A stretch of 64,000 bases of DNA, taken from NCBI GenBank assembly GCA_015272515.1, contig JACYLN010000024.1:78073-142072 (forward strand), in the 5' to 3' direction. The notes beneath the pieces were generated by a model that worked only from the letters and a program-made list of their open reading frames with translations, was not told the origin of the DNA and made no database searches. The stretch's first letter is position 1. Each line of letters opens with the position of its first letter. Shown here in pieces: positions 49,497-59,065 of this stretch. Source of the stretch: Leptolyngbyaceae cyanobacterium C42_A2020_001 (GTDB taxonomy: Bacteria > Cyanobacteriota > Cyanobacteriia > Leptolyngbyales > Leptolyngbyaceae). The translations under genes and the position numbers were made by a program.

Positions 49497-50816
49497 TCAT
49501 TCATCGTCTGTTCCTAATGGCTCTATTAAATTAGCACTTTTCAACTTTTCGACAATTTGGTGAATCAGATGGAATCTTATACTTGCCTGATCTGCGATGT
49601 CTAATAGTGAATGCTTACCATCAGAATAATTAAGTATCCACAACATCGCCATTTCATTGATCTTTTTATCCTGCTCGCCACCAAGTTTGCCGTACAGTCC
49701 ACGCTTACCTAATTGAGGTTCACATTTTGGGTTGGTGCTTTTGTATCTTTTATTTTTTTCTAAAATTTCTAGAACTCCGAGATATTTAGTCATTGAATCT
49801 ATTAAAGAACCAGGTTTAATGAATTCTAGATTGTCGGCGGATGTGTGATATTCAGCGTACTGTCCAAAAGGAGTTCTGCCCAAACGACCAATGGGTAGAT
49901 TGAAACCAGGTGAACAATACTGACGTTCGTCATAACCGTAGGGAGAAAACTCTTCGATCGCGTATTCTTCACCAGAGTGCTTGAGAACATGGGTCACGGC
50001 TTGATCAATTTCTGCACTACCACGACGACTTTTCTTGTAAGTCATTCTTCCAGCATCTCCGACCCCTGATATTACCAGCCCGTGCTTAATGCGCTCAGTT
50101 TTGCTTTCGTTTAAGCAGAGCCACGTAATTGAACCAATAGTTCCAGGAATGAAGAGAAATCGATAAGAGTAGCGTCTAGGGATGGAGCTAAGATGTTTGG
50201 CTAAGAACGTAGCCAGAGCTATTCCTGAAAGGTTGTCATTGCATAGGGATGGATGACAAACGTGGCAAGAAAACAATACTTCGTCTTCGATTTCTCCAGG
50301 GAGGTAATACTCTCCGTAAGTTAAGTAACCAGCTTCAAGTGAGGTATCTATAAAGACTTCATATTCGCCATCTTCCAGACTCTGAAGTGTATTATGAGTC
50401 AGGCAAAAACCCCAATTCTCGTTGTAGTAAGAAGTTCGATATGGAATCCAATCAGGATACTCTGGAAGTGTGAATAAATGCTTTTTTAACTCAACCAGAG
50501 ACATCGTTTGATGAATGGGAATGCTGTAGTTGAGAAGATGCAGATTAGATGCCTGAAAATCAATTACCTTCTTGCCTGATGCATTTTTTACGTAAGCATC
50601 ACGAACATTCCATTCTTTAGGCACTGTCCAATCAAACACCTGGGTGCCTGTAGGAACCTGATAAATTTCAAGAGGGATATATTGCTGTAAAATATGCAGC
50701 GTTTGGCGTACTCCATTGCCAGTAATGCTTCGACAGATGGGGTAAAGTTCAGAGATGAGATGGTACATCTTTGAACCAAGTTGCTCAGACTCACAAGCGT
50801 TTAGACCAATGTTCAT
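49497..50816 (-). CDS. DUF4910 domain protein (peptidase-M28-like core with C-terminal winged helix)
   Basis: LYPICRSITGNGVRQTL, FDWTVPKEW, CHVCHPSLCNDNLSG, GYDERQYCSPG, YHTSADNL. Confidence 0.88.
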   Translation of the reverse strand: MNIGLNACESEQLGSKMYHLISELYPICRSITGNGVRQTLHILQQYIPLEIYQVPTGTQVFDWTVPKEWNVRDAYVKNASGKKVIDFQASNLHLLNYSIPIHQTMSLVELKKHLFTLPEYPDWIPYRTSYYNENWGFCLTHNTLQSLEDGEYEVFIDTSLEAGYLTYGEYYLPGEIEDEVLFSCHVCHPSLCNDNLSGIALATFLAKHLSSIPRRYSYRFLFIPGTIGSITWLCLNESKTERIKHGLVISGVGDAGRMTYKKSRRGSAEIDQAVTHVLKHSGEEYAIEEFSPYGYDERQYCSPGFNLPIGRLGRTPFGQYAEYHTSADNLEFIKPGSLIDSMTKYLGVLEILEKNKRYKSTNPKCEPQLGKRGLYGKLGGEQDKKINEMAMLWILNYSDGKHSLLDIADQASIRFHLIHQIVEKLKSANLIEPLGTDDE

Positions 50817-50890
50817 CCCGATTCGTTTAAGCGACGTATTTTTAGTTAAAGTGCCTAATTCCTACCTATTAGGTAAGAATTAGGTAAGTT

Positions 50891-52177
50891 CTAGGAATAT
50901 ACAGTTACTTCGGGAATTGGTACTACAAATTGTCCGTTCCATTCACGAATAAAACTCATTTGCTTCATGATTTCTTCCTTAAAGTTCCAGGGAAGAATCA
51001 ATACATAGTCGGGCTTGGTTTCTTGAATTTTGTCGGGATGGTAGATGGGGATGTGGGTTCCTGGTAAAAACTTCCCTTGCTTATAAGGATTGCGATCAAC
51101 GGTGTAATCTAAAAAGTCTGTGCGAATCCCGCAATAATTTAACAATGTGTTGCCTTTTCCAGGTGCTCCATATCCAACAATTGTTTTGCCTTCCTGCTTC
51201 TTCCTGATTAGAAAATCAAGCAGTTTCCGTTTAGTTTCTCGAACTTGATTCTCAAAGTTCGTATAACGTTCAAGTTTGGTAAAGCCTTCTGCGGCTTCAC
51301 GCTTTTTCAGGTCGATCGCGCGATCGCTAATCGGCTTTGTGGCATCGTCTTGATGGCGTGCATAGATTCGCAGTGAGCCTCCATGAGTGGGCAATTCTTC
51401 GACATCAAAGAGGGTTAAACCGTGAGCAGCAAAGATTTTTTCAAGAGTGGTAAAAGTGTGGTAACAGAAGTGTTCATGATAAATGGTGTCGAATTGGTTA
51501 GACTCCATCAATCGCACCAAGTGTTGAATTTCTCCAGTTGCAATGCCTTGAGGCTTCAGTAAAATTTTGATTCCAGCAACAAAATCATTCAAATCCGGAA
51601 CGTGAGCCAGTACATTATTGGCGGCGATGAGATCGGCTTGCTTACCTTGTTGTACTAATTTCCGAGCACACTCCTGCCCAAAGAATTCATTAACCGTTGG
51701 AATTCCTTTCTCGATCGCAACTTTAGCAATGTTGGTTGCAGGCTCAACTCCCAATACCGGAATGCCTTTTTCCACAAAGTACTGCAATAGATAACCGTCG
51801 TTGCTGGCGAGTTCTACAACTTGACTTTGACTGTTAAGTTGAAACCGCTCAACCACTAAATCTGTATAAGCTTTGCAATGTTGAAGCCAAGTATCTGCGT
51901 AGGACGAGAAGTAAGCGTATTCAGTAAAAATATGCTCTGGACTTACATAAGCTTCTAGCTGGACTAGAAAACAGCGATCGCACACCCGCACATGCAATGG
52001 GTAAAACGCTTCCATCTGGTTGAGTTGTTCAACACTTACATAGCTTTCACATAAGGGCGACATGCCCAAATCAACTAGAGTATGTTGCAGGGGATTTTTG
52101 CAAAACTGGCAACGCGGAAGCTTTGCTGAAAATTGATCTGACAGCTTCACAGCATCAGTTTTTTGAATCGCTACCAT
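50891..52177 (-). CDS. NDP-hexose C-methyltransferase family (zinc-binding N-domain, class I MTase, C-terminal domain)
   Basis: CQFC...CDRCFLVQ, VELASNDGYLL, YHEHFCY, THGGSLRI, GYGAPGKGNTLL, PGTHIPI. Confidence 0.9.
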   Translation of the reverse strand: MVAIQKTDAVKLSDQFSAKLPRCQFCKNPLQHTLVDLGMSPLCESYVSVEQLNQMEAFYPLHVRVCDRCFLVQLEAYVSPEHIFTEYAYFSSYADTWLQHCKAYTDLVVERFQLNSQSQVVELASNDGYLLQYFVEKGIPVLGVEPATNIAKVAIEKGIPTVNEFFGQECARKLVQQGKQADLIAANNVLAHVPDLNDFVAGIKILLKPQGIATGEIQHLVRLMESNQFDTIYHEHFCYHTFTTLEKIFAAHGLTLFDVEELPTHGGSLRIYARHQDDATKPISDRAIDLKKREAAEGFTKLERYTNFENQVRETKRKLLDFLIRKKQEGKTIVGYGAPGKGNTLLNYCGIRTDFLDYTVDRNPYKQGKFLPGTHIPIYHPDKIQETKPDYVLILPWNFKEEIMKQMSFIREWNGQFVVPIPEVTVYS

Positions 52178-52214
52178 AATTTACCTCTAAGAACTGAATT
52201 GCAAGCTTTGCGAT

Positions 52215-53288
52215 TTAAGAATCCATTTCCATGAATTGTCGAATAGTTGCCTTAGTGAGCTGATTCATGTCTTCCCCTGCCTGATAAGCTTTAGACCATG
52301 AGACGATTTGCTCTAATGCTGCCTCTAGCGACAATTTGGGACACCATCCAAGTTTGAGTCGCGCCTTTGAACTGTCTAGGCTCAAGGCAATTTGCTCATG
52401 GAAATGACTGGCTTGATCCAATTCCCATGCGGCTCCCTCACCCCATAAAGACATCATGTGTTCTACAATCCAACCAACTGGCTTGACAGATGATTCGTAA
52501 GGACCAAAATTCCAGGCTTCAGTGAAAGCCGTTCCTTTGTTGTACAAATTTTCTGCCAGCATTAAGTAGCCGTTGAGCGCATCTAGTACGTGCTGCCAGG
52601 GGCGAGTTGCATAAGGGTTGCGGATTTGAACAGCCTGATTTTGCAACAGCGATCGCACAATATCAGCAATCAAACCGTTGGCTGTCCAATCGCCTCCAGC
52701 AATCACGTTTCCGGCGCGAGCAGTTGCGATCGCCACACCATGCTCTGAGTAATCATTTGGGTTGAAAAATGAGTTGCGGTAGGCTGCCGTAACTATCTCA
52801 GCACAGGCTTTGCTGCTGCTATAAGGATCATAACCACCTAAACTATCTGTTTCTCGATAGCCCCAAACCCATTCTCGATTCTCGTAACATTTATCTGATG
52901 TAATAACAACAACTGAGCGAACACTGTTTACCTGACGAATCGCTTCGAGAACATGAACAGTTCCCATCACATTTGTTTTGTAGTTCGCGACAGGATCAAG
53001 GTACGAGGTGCTCACTACCGTTTGCGCTGCCATGTGAATCACAATTTCTGGCTGAAATTCAACAACAACTTGCCGTAAATGCTCGTAGTCAGAAACGTCT
53101 CCAATGACAGAGGTTATACCTTCAGACACACGGGCGACTTCAAATAGGCTGGGAGTTGTGGGAGGATTGAGCGCATAGCCTAAAAGCTCTACTCCAACGG
53201 ACTGAAGCCAAAGCGATAGCCAACTTCCCTTAAAGCCTGTATGACCCGTTAGCAATACCCGCTTGCCCCGCCAAAAACCACGATCCAT
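52215..53288 (-). CDS. rfbG: CDP-glucose 4,6-dehydratase
   Basis: FWRGKRVLLTGHTGFKGSWL, ITSDKCYEN, DPYSSSKAC, RPWQHVLD. Confidence 0.95.
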   Translation of the reverse strand: MDRGFWRGKRVLLTGHTGFKGSWLSLWLQSVGVELLGYALNPPTTPSLFEVARVSEGITSVIGDVSDYEHLRQVVVEFQPEIVIHMAAQTVVSTSYLDPVANYKTNVMGTVHVLEAIRQVNSVRSVVVITSDKCYENREWVWGYRETDSLGGYDPYSSSKACAEIVTAAYRNSFFNPNDYSEHGVAIATARAGNVIAGGDWTANGLIADIVRSLLQNQAVQIRNPYATRPWQHVLDALNGYLMLAENLYNKGTAFTEAWNFGPYESSVKPVGWIVEHMMSLWGEGAAWELDQASHFHEQIALSLDSSKARLKLGWCPKLSLEAALEQIVSWSKAYQAGEDMNQLTKATIRQFMEMDS

Positions 53289-53997
53289 AAATCAATCTCC
53301 GCGTCAACAATTTCAAACCAAAGACTTCGTCCTCACCACTGCCAAATCGACAGTTGTCAAGTATTAATACATGCAAACAAGAGACCCTCAACGGCAATCT
53401 TCAAGGGCGAAAGTAATACTCAAAAATTAATTAAGAGACTGTTCAAGGGCGATCAAGCAAAATGCTTTCTCATAAAGCTCAGTAAAAACTCGGTCATTGA
53501 CAACGACTTCTAATATCTTTTGAGAATGATTAAAAATTTATCGGTTGTGGAGATGTGGTTCAAGATTTCATAGGTTATTTTACAGATTTTTCATATAAAA
53601 CCTTTTCACCTGAAATAGGAAAAAAGCCTGGTAAATACGGTTGATAAATTGTTGGTTTTACAGTACCTGCATCATACAGCCACAGCGAAAGCTTTATTGC
53701 TAAAAGTTAAGCTTTTCGCTGGTTTAAGTTAAAAATTGTTGCTTGTTCTTTATCTTGCAAACTGTTTGCTAACAGATCATAGAGCTTGTCCATCTAGAGA
53801 AAACAATGACTATAGTAAGAAACTCATTGAGTTAATGACTCAACGAGTTTCATAGCTTTCAGCTATCTACCAACGTTATAGTTTTGGTCAGAAACTTTAC
53901 GACAAAGCAAATTGGTTGAATGCCAAATCTGGGTTAGCCTTTCTGAATTGTCTCTTCCGCGTTCACAGACCAAGCGGCATACGCCTCTAGGGCATGA

Positions 53998-54399
53998 TTA
54001 TTGGTCAGTGGTAAGTGTTGAAGTAGGGCTTTTGGGTGCGATCGCTTTGCCAAATCCTTTTTCTGCAAAGTACTTGTTCAAGAACGTGGTTGCAAAAGAA
54101 AGCACCACTGGAGCCAAAATCATTGCCAGCAAGCCATGCACGGCAAAGCCCGGAACCAATAGAGTTGCTAACCAGAAACATATACCGTTAACAACTAATG
54201 AAAATGCACCCAACGTGAGAAAGTTAATTGGCAACGACAACACTGACAAAACAGGTCTGACGGAACCATTCACAGCCCCGATCGCAATTGCTGCCAATAG
54301 GGCAGACGGAAAGGTTGCGATTGTAACTCCGGGAATCACTAAATCCACCACTAGGAGACCTAATGCGCTAATCAAGGTAGTTAGAAAAAATCCAAACAT
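53998..54399 (-). CDS. Phage-holin-like (YvlD-type) 4-TM membrane protein
   Basis: VNGSVRPVLSVLSLPINFLTLGAFSLVVNG motif. Confidence 0.85.
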   Translation of the reverse strand: MFGFFLTTLISALGLLVVDLVIPGVTIATFPSALLAAIAIGAVNGSVRPVLSVLSLPINFLTLGAFSLVVNGICFWLATLLVPGFAVHGLLAMILAPVVLSFATTFLNKYFAEKGFGKAIAPKSPTSTLTTDQ

Positions 54400-54435
54400 G
54401 ACGTTTCTCCTCGTTCAAATACTCACAACGTTGAC

Positions 54436-54627
54436 TTAAACTGCACCGGGTTGTTGATGGTTCTTCTCTGCGTGTTTTGCGATCGCCCACACAGCATGGA
54501 TTACCCCAGGAACCCAACCCAGAAGTGTTAGCAGAATGTTGATCAGCAACGTTGTGCTAAAGCCGTAGGTGAAGAACACGCCAACAGGAGGCAAAAGTAA
54601 ACCTAAAACAAGCCGAATCAATGACAT
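54436..54627 (-). CDS. YqaE/Pmp3 family small membrane protein
   Basis: LLLPPVGVF...INILLTLLGWVPGVIHAVW. Confidence 0.92.
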   Translation of the reverse strand: MSLIRLVLGLLLPPVGVFFTYGFSTTLLINILLTLLGWVPGVIHAVWAIAKHAEKNHQQPGAV

Positions 54628-54902
54628 AAATTACCTCACTTCAGATAACGAGAGAATTGAACTAAAACTCGAACTGGAAGGAGAGTAAACCTGCGCGATC
54701 GCTGTTTAGGAATTCCGTTTGACTTACTCTCGACTCACAAGAACATCTTCGCAAAATTCCCTTTAATCTTCTGGTGTGGAAAACCCGCCGTTTTGGCGTA
54801 AGAGTTCTACCGACAAACGTTTGAGTGGAATTGAAGTGTAGAAAACCCACCCTATAAGGAAGACAACCGCCCTCTCGATTACTCTTTTACTTGAATCAAT
54901 TT

Positions 54903-55565
54903 TTATCCTGCTTTGCGAAATACGACTGAGAGGTTATTGGCAGGCATGGTAATTGTTTCTACTAACGCAAGACAATGTGATTCAGCGACTGCCACAACTT
55001 CTTCTAAATCTCGCACACCCCACTCGGCGTTTTGCCACCGCAAGCTTTGATCAAATGCTTCATTGCTGGGTGCTGTGTGTTGACCGTGTTGCTTGTAAGG
55101 ACCGTAAAGATACAAAATGCCGTTTGGTGGAAGAATTCGTTCGGTACCCGCCATCAATCCCAGGCAAGCAGCCCAGGGAGCAATATGAATCATGTTGATG
55201 TTGACGATCGCAGTAATCGAGTTAAGCGCAAAGTTTGTATTTGCCAGTGGTGCGGGAATATCTTGTTCGATTGTCCAGATTGGATCGCAAGCATCTAGCG
55301 CGATCGCGGGGTACAAATTGTCAGACGGAGCAACAGCGTGCCATGCATCGATACTCGCACGGGCGATCGGGTTTGGATCAGAAGGAAGCCATTGACGCGG
55401 AGAGAGTTTGGGTGCAAAAAAGACCGCATGTTCACCCGTTCCGCTCGATACTTCTAACACGGTTCCCGTTGCAGGTAACAGCCGTAGAAGTACTTCCAGG
55501 ATTGGTTCACGATTGCGTTGGGTTGCGGGGGCAAATTGTCTTGCGTCTGTGGGCGAATTAGCCAT
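54903..55565 (-). CDS. DUF938 family SAM-methyltransferase-like protein
   Basis: APATQRNREPIL, LEVSSGTGEHA, NMIHIAPW, YGPY, WGVRD, MPANN. Confidence 0.9.
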   Translation of the reverse strand: MANSPTDARQFAPATQRNREPILEVLLRLLPATGTVLEVSSGTGEHAVFFAPKLSPRQWLPSDPNPIARASIDAWHAVAPSDNLYPAIALDACDPIWTIEQDIPAPLANTNFALNSITAIVNINMIHIAPWAACLGLMAGTERILPPNGILYLYGPYKQHGQHTAPSNEAFDQSLRWQNAEWGVRDLEEVVAVAESHCLALVETITMPANNLSVVFRKAG

Positions 55566-55634
55566 TGGAGTAGCCTTTTATAACTGCCTCAATTCTCTCC
55601 TCTAAAGCAGACTTTACTCCTTGAAACCAAATAT

Positions 55635-56426
55635 TTACCGTAAGACATCTGGAACTTTGAAGTGATTTAAAGCTCGCGCGATCGCGGCGGAACGACGTTG
55701 CTGATCTGCTTCTAATGCTCCTGGCTTTCTAAAAATAGAGGCTACTTCAAATTTTCCGGTAGCTGGATTGATGTAGTTTTTGACGCGGGCACACAAAATT
55801 GCGTCTTCTCCAAATTCTCCCCGACTTTCGCATTGCTTCAAGTTCAAGGCAAAATCGACTGCTGCTCTGGGTGCTTGAATCCAAATGTCACAACTTTCTA
55901 CTAGCAAGCGTGAAGTGAGAGTCAATCCCTGTGCTTCAAAAGATTGAATCGTGTAAGGGATGCACTGCGTTTTGATGCGATGTATGGCTTTTTGATCAGC
56001 TTCTTTAACTGTTTTTACCGGAGATGCTTGCCAGCTTGCAAAACCTTTATTCGTCACTTGGTTGGCTGGATCAAGATGCCCATAATATGCCCAGGTTGGT
56101 TTTCCTGTACGGGTCAATGTCCCTTCGGCGTTACCAATGGCGATCGCGCCTGGTCCCAGTTTTTCAGCTTCTCCAAACAATTGATGCATAGAGCGAGGAA
56201 CGGCATGAGTTTCGTAGAAACTACCAGGTTCTTGAAGAAAACTCTGCACTTGTTTGAAGCGTTTTCCAATCCCGTCTGAAATTAAAGAGAGTTTGACCGT
56301 TCCTTGCAACGCGGTTTGAACAAACTCTGGACAAAAAACCAGTAAAAAAGCAGTGCCGTACAAAAGACTACAAATGAAGGTGTAGCCATTGAGCGGCGAT
56401 CGCGGCACTCTATTGCTTTGTGTCAT
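55635..56426 (-). CDS. Hypothetical protein with an N-terminal transmembrane anchor
   Basis: 263-aa ORF with one hydrophobic helix followed by a soluble domain (AIGNAEGT...YYGHLDPAN...NKGFASWQ). Confidence 0.65.
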   Translation of the reverse strand: MTQSNRVPRSPLNGYTFICSLLYGTAFLLVFCPEFVQTALQGTVKLSLISDGIGKRFKQVQSFLQEPGSFYETHAVPRSMHQLFGEAEKLGPGAIAIGNAEGTLTRTGKPTWAYYGHLDPANQVTNKGFASWQASPVKTVKEADQKAIHRIKTQCIPYTIQSFEAQGLTLTSRLLVESCDIWIQAPRAAVDFALNLKQCESRGEFGEDAILCARVKNYINPATGKFEVASIFRKPGALEADQQRRSAAIARALNHFKVPDVLR

Positions 56427-56591
56427 TCGTTAACCCTGACTCTGTCATGCAATTTGGCGAAAGATGGCTGCTGCATCTCATTTTTCAAATAAAAAGATGC
56501 GGTTCACCATCTTTTCTCCTTCCACACACCGCAAATACCAATCTTTTAAACCAAACCTTTATTAGACTAGCAAACTTCTTCGTGTGCTCTA

Positions 56592-57917
56592 TTACAAACT
56601 TTCTGGATCTACCATTCCTGATTCAGACGTGAATAATTGACGAAGAACATTTAAGGCAGTTTCGGTTGTTTCGTCTAATAATTTTGGATTAACTACTTTA
56701 TCACTGGGTTTGTGATAATTCGGGTCTAATCCGCGATGGAAGAAAAGAACGGGCACTCCTGCGGTGGCAAAAGAAGCGTGGTCGCTGCCACCGTTGTTAC
56801 TGCTGCCTGACATCGCTACATCTGAATCTGCCACTTTTGCAAGTTTGGTTAATTCCGGTGAACCGCTTGCCCGCAGTTGTTCGTTGATGCCAACCATGTC
56901 AAAGTTCATCATGCCTTTGAGTCCCTTGAGAAAATTGGGACTTGCGGATTTTACAAAGGCGCGGGACCCGTGTAAGCCATCTTCTTCGCCATCAAATGCC
57001 ACAAACCAGGCTTGACGGGCTAAATCTGTTTTTGCAAGGTTACGAGCGATCGCCAATACTACCGCCGTTCCAGAGGCGTTATCGTTCGCGCCCGGTGAGC
57101 CAGCAACCGAGTCGTAATGACCACCGAGCAACACTTTCGGCTGAGTCACATTGGCTAAATGTGCCACTACATTGCGACCGATAACGTCTTGGCGACGGGC
57201 ATTGACAGCGAGGGTGGCGTTGAATGTTCCTTGCCGCGATCGCGCCAGCAATGGTTCACCCTGTTCTTTTGACATCGCTAAAACCGGAATGGTGACTTCA
57301 CGGTTCAGCGTTCCGGCAAAATTGCCAGATTGATTATTCACAATCACAAGTCCAACTGCGCCTGCTTGCGCTGCATTTTGGGCTTTTTCACCAAATGGAA
57401 TTTCACCACGTACCACGATCGCGATCGCGCCTTTAACATCAACACCAGCGAAATCACTCGGTCGTCCCACATTGGGAACGGCAACTAATCGGGCTGTGAG
57501 ATTTTGGGGAATTGTTCCTTGCAAAGCCCGCCCTGAAATCGGCGCACCATCAACGGTGAGAGTCGATCCCTGATCGACAAATTTGCTATAGGTAAAGGTT
57601 TGAATCGTGGCGACGTACCCTGCTTTGCGAAATTCGTCTTGCAGATAGGTGCTTGCCTGCTCCATTACAGGCGTACCCGCCACTCGCGGACCCATGTTAA
57701 TCAAGGCTTCTACGTCTGAATTTTTGGCTGGGGCGGTGGGCGATTGTTGCGCGATCGCAGTGGGTGAAACACCTGCAAATTGCCGTTCTTCCGCCTTTAA
57801 AGCTTGAGGCGGTTGACATCCTGCCAACCCAAGCATTGCTAGCCCAATCCCAGCAACTAAGAACTGGCAAGGCTTACCATTCGCAATCAATTTGTATGTT
57901 TTGGAAGTTAGCTGCAC
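56592..57917 (-). CDS. M28 family aminopeptidase lipoprotein with PA domain
   Basis: Lipobox LAGC, PA domain (GAIAIVVRGEIPF...KA), GGHYDS, GANDNASG, DGEE, NFDM, SDH, YHKPSD. Confidence 0.92.
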   Translation of the reverse strand: MQLTSKTYKLIANGKPCQFLVAGIGLAMLGLAGCQPPQALKAEERQFAGVSPTAIAQQSPTAPAKNSDVEALINMGPRVAGTPVMEQASTYLQDEFRKAGYVATIQTFTYSKFVDQGSTLTVDGAPISGRALQGTIPQNLTARLVAVPNVGRPSDFAGVDVKGAIAIVVRGEIPFGEKAQNAAQAGAVGLVIVNNQSGNFAGTLNREVTIPVLAMSKEQGEPLLARSRQGTFNATLAVNARRQDVIGRNVVAHLANVTQPKVLLGGHYDSVAGSPGANDNASGTAVVLAIARNLAKTDLARQAWFVAFDGEEDGLHGSRAFVKSASPNFLKGLKGMMNFDMVGINEQLRASGSPELTKLAKVADSDVAMSGSSNNGGSDHASFATAGVPVLFFHRGLDPNYHKPSDKVVNPKLLDETTETALNVLRQLFTSESGMVDPESL

Positions 57918-58026
57918 GTCTTTAAAACTTCAACCATCAACTTCCTATCTTAATTTTTTGTTGGCTTAACACATAACGGCGGGATGTCAAAGGGATGAAT
58001 CCTCCATGACAATGCTTAGTATGCCG

Positions 58027-59043
58027 CTACTCTTCTCCATAGCTGCGCCCCGTAACCTTACCGCGAAACACAATGTATTGATAAAGGTTGTAGAACAGCA
58101 TCACTGGAATCAGAAATCCAATAAAGATAATCATGATGACTAAGGAACTGGGGTCTGCGGATGCCTCATAAATGGTAATTTCGGTGGGAATGATGTAAGG
58201 AAACACAATTAAGCCCAAGCCCAGAAAGGTGAGCACAAACAACAGAATTGTCCAGACAAATGGTGCTCGTTCTTGCCGCCGATCCAGGCTGGTGACCAGT
58301 CGAGAAATCAGCAGAATCCCAAGAATGGGGATGACCGAAAAGATAAATACCAACGGGCGCTGAAATAAGCGATCGCGGGCGCTCTCATAGAAAATCGGCG
58401 TTGAAATCGTGATAAAGATAGCGCCCAAAAGTGTTGTCCAGGCGGCTGTTTTCGCAGTTTTGTAGTGAGTCAGTTGTAACTCTCCCTCAGTTTTCCAAAC
58501 TAAGTATGTAGAACCAATTAAGACATAGGCTTGAATCAGTGTTAATGCCACTAAAACAGATTGCCAGCTCAACCAATCCCAGGTTGTGCCAATAAAGTGA
58601 CCACTTTTATCGACATTGATACCCTTAAGTACTGCACCCAACGCAAACCCCTGTCCTAGCGCCGCTAAAAAACTTCCTGCCCCAAACGCAACATTCCAAA
58701 AGAATTTGCGGTTTGCTTGCTCTCGAAACTCAAACGCCACCGCTCGAAAAATAAACCCAAACACCATCGTCAAAATGGGAATATACAAAGCGCTCAAGAT
58801 AGTTCCATAAGCCAGAGGAAATGCGCCAAATAATCCTCCACCCATTAAAACCAACCACGTTTCATTGGCATCCCAGATATTGCTCAAGCTGGTCATCAAA
58901 ATTCCACGTCGCTCCTCATCACCAGAGGTCAGCGAGAGAATGCCCACTCCCAGATCAAACCCATCCAGCATGACGTAGAGAAACAAAAACAACGCCAGGA
59001 TGACAAACCAAACTTGCGGTAGAAAATAGGTGAGAGTTTCCAT
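58027..59043 (-). CDS. cydB: Cytochrome bd ubiquinol oxidase subunit II
   Basis: YVMLDGFDLGVG, WDANETWLV, FIFRAVAFEFR. Confidence 0.95.
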   Translation of the reverse strand: METLTYFLPQVWFVILALFLFLYVMLDGFDLGVGILSLTSGDEERRGILMTSLSNIWDANETWLVLMGGGLFGAFPLAYGTILSALYIPILTMVFGFIFRAVAFEFREQANRKFFWNVAFGAGSFLAALGQGFALGAVLKGINVDKSGHFIGTTWDWLSWQSVLVALTLIQAYVLIGSTYLVWKTEGELQLTHYKTAKTAAWTTLLGAIFITISTPIFYESARDRLFQRPLVFIFSVIPILGILLISRLVTSLDRRQERAPFVWTILLFVLTFLGLGLIVFPYIIPTEITIYEASADPSSLVIMIIFIGFLIPVMLFYNLYQYIVFRGKVTGRSYGEE

Positions 59044-59065
59044 ATCGCTCGACTTAAGTGCTGTT

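Noticed and set aside
53998-54399. Prophage suggested by a holin-family gene
   Set aside because: This YvlD-type family is a common chromosomal membrane protein, and no phage structural, lysis or integrase genes are nearby.
54775-54783. Isolated perfect TGTGGAAAA
   Set aside because: A single box without neighbours is expected by chance in 64 kb.
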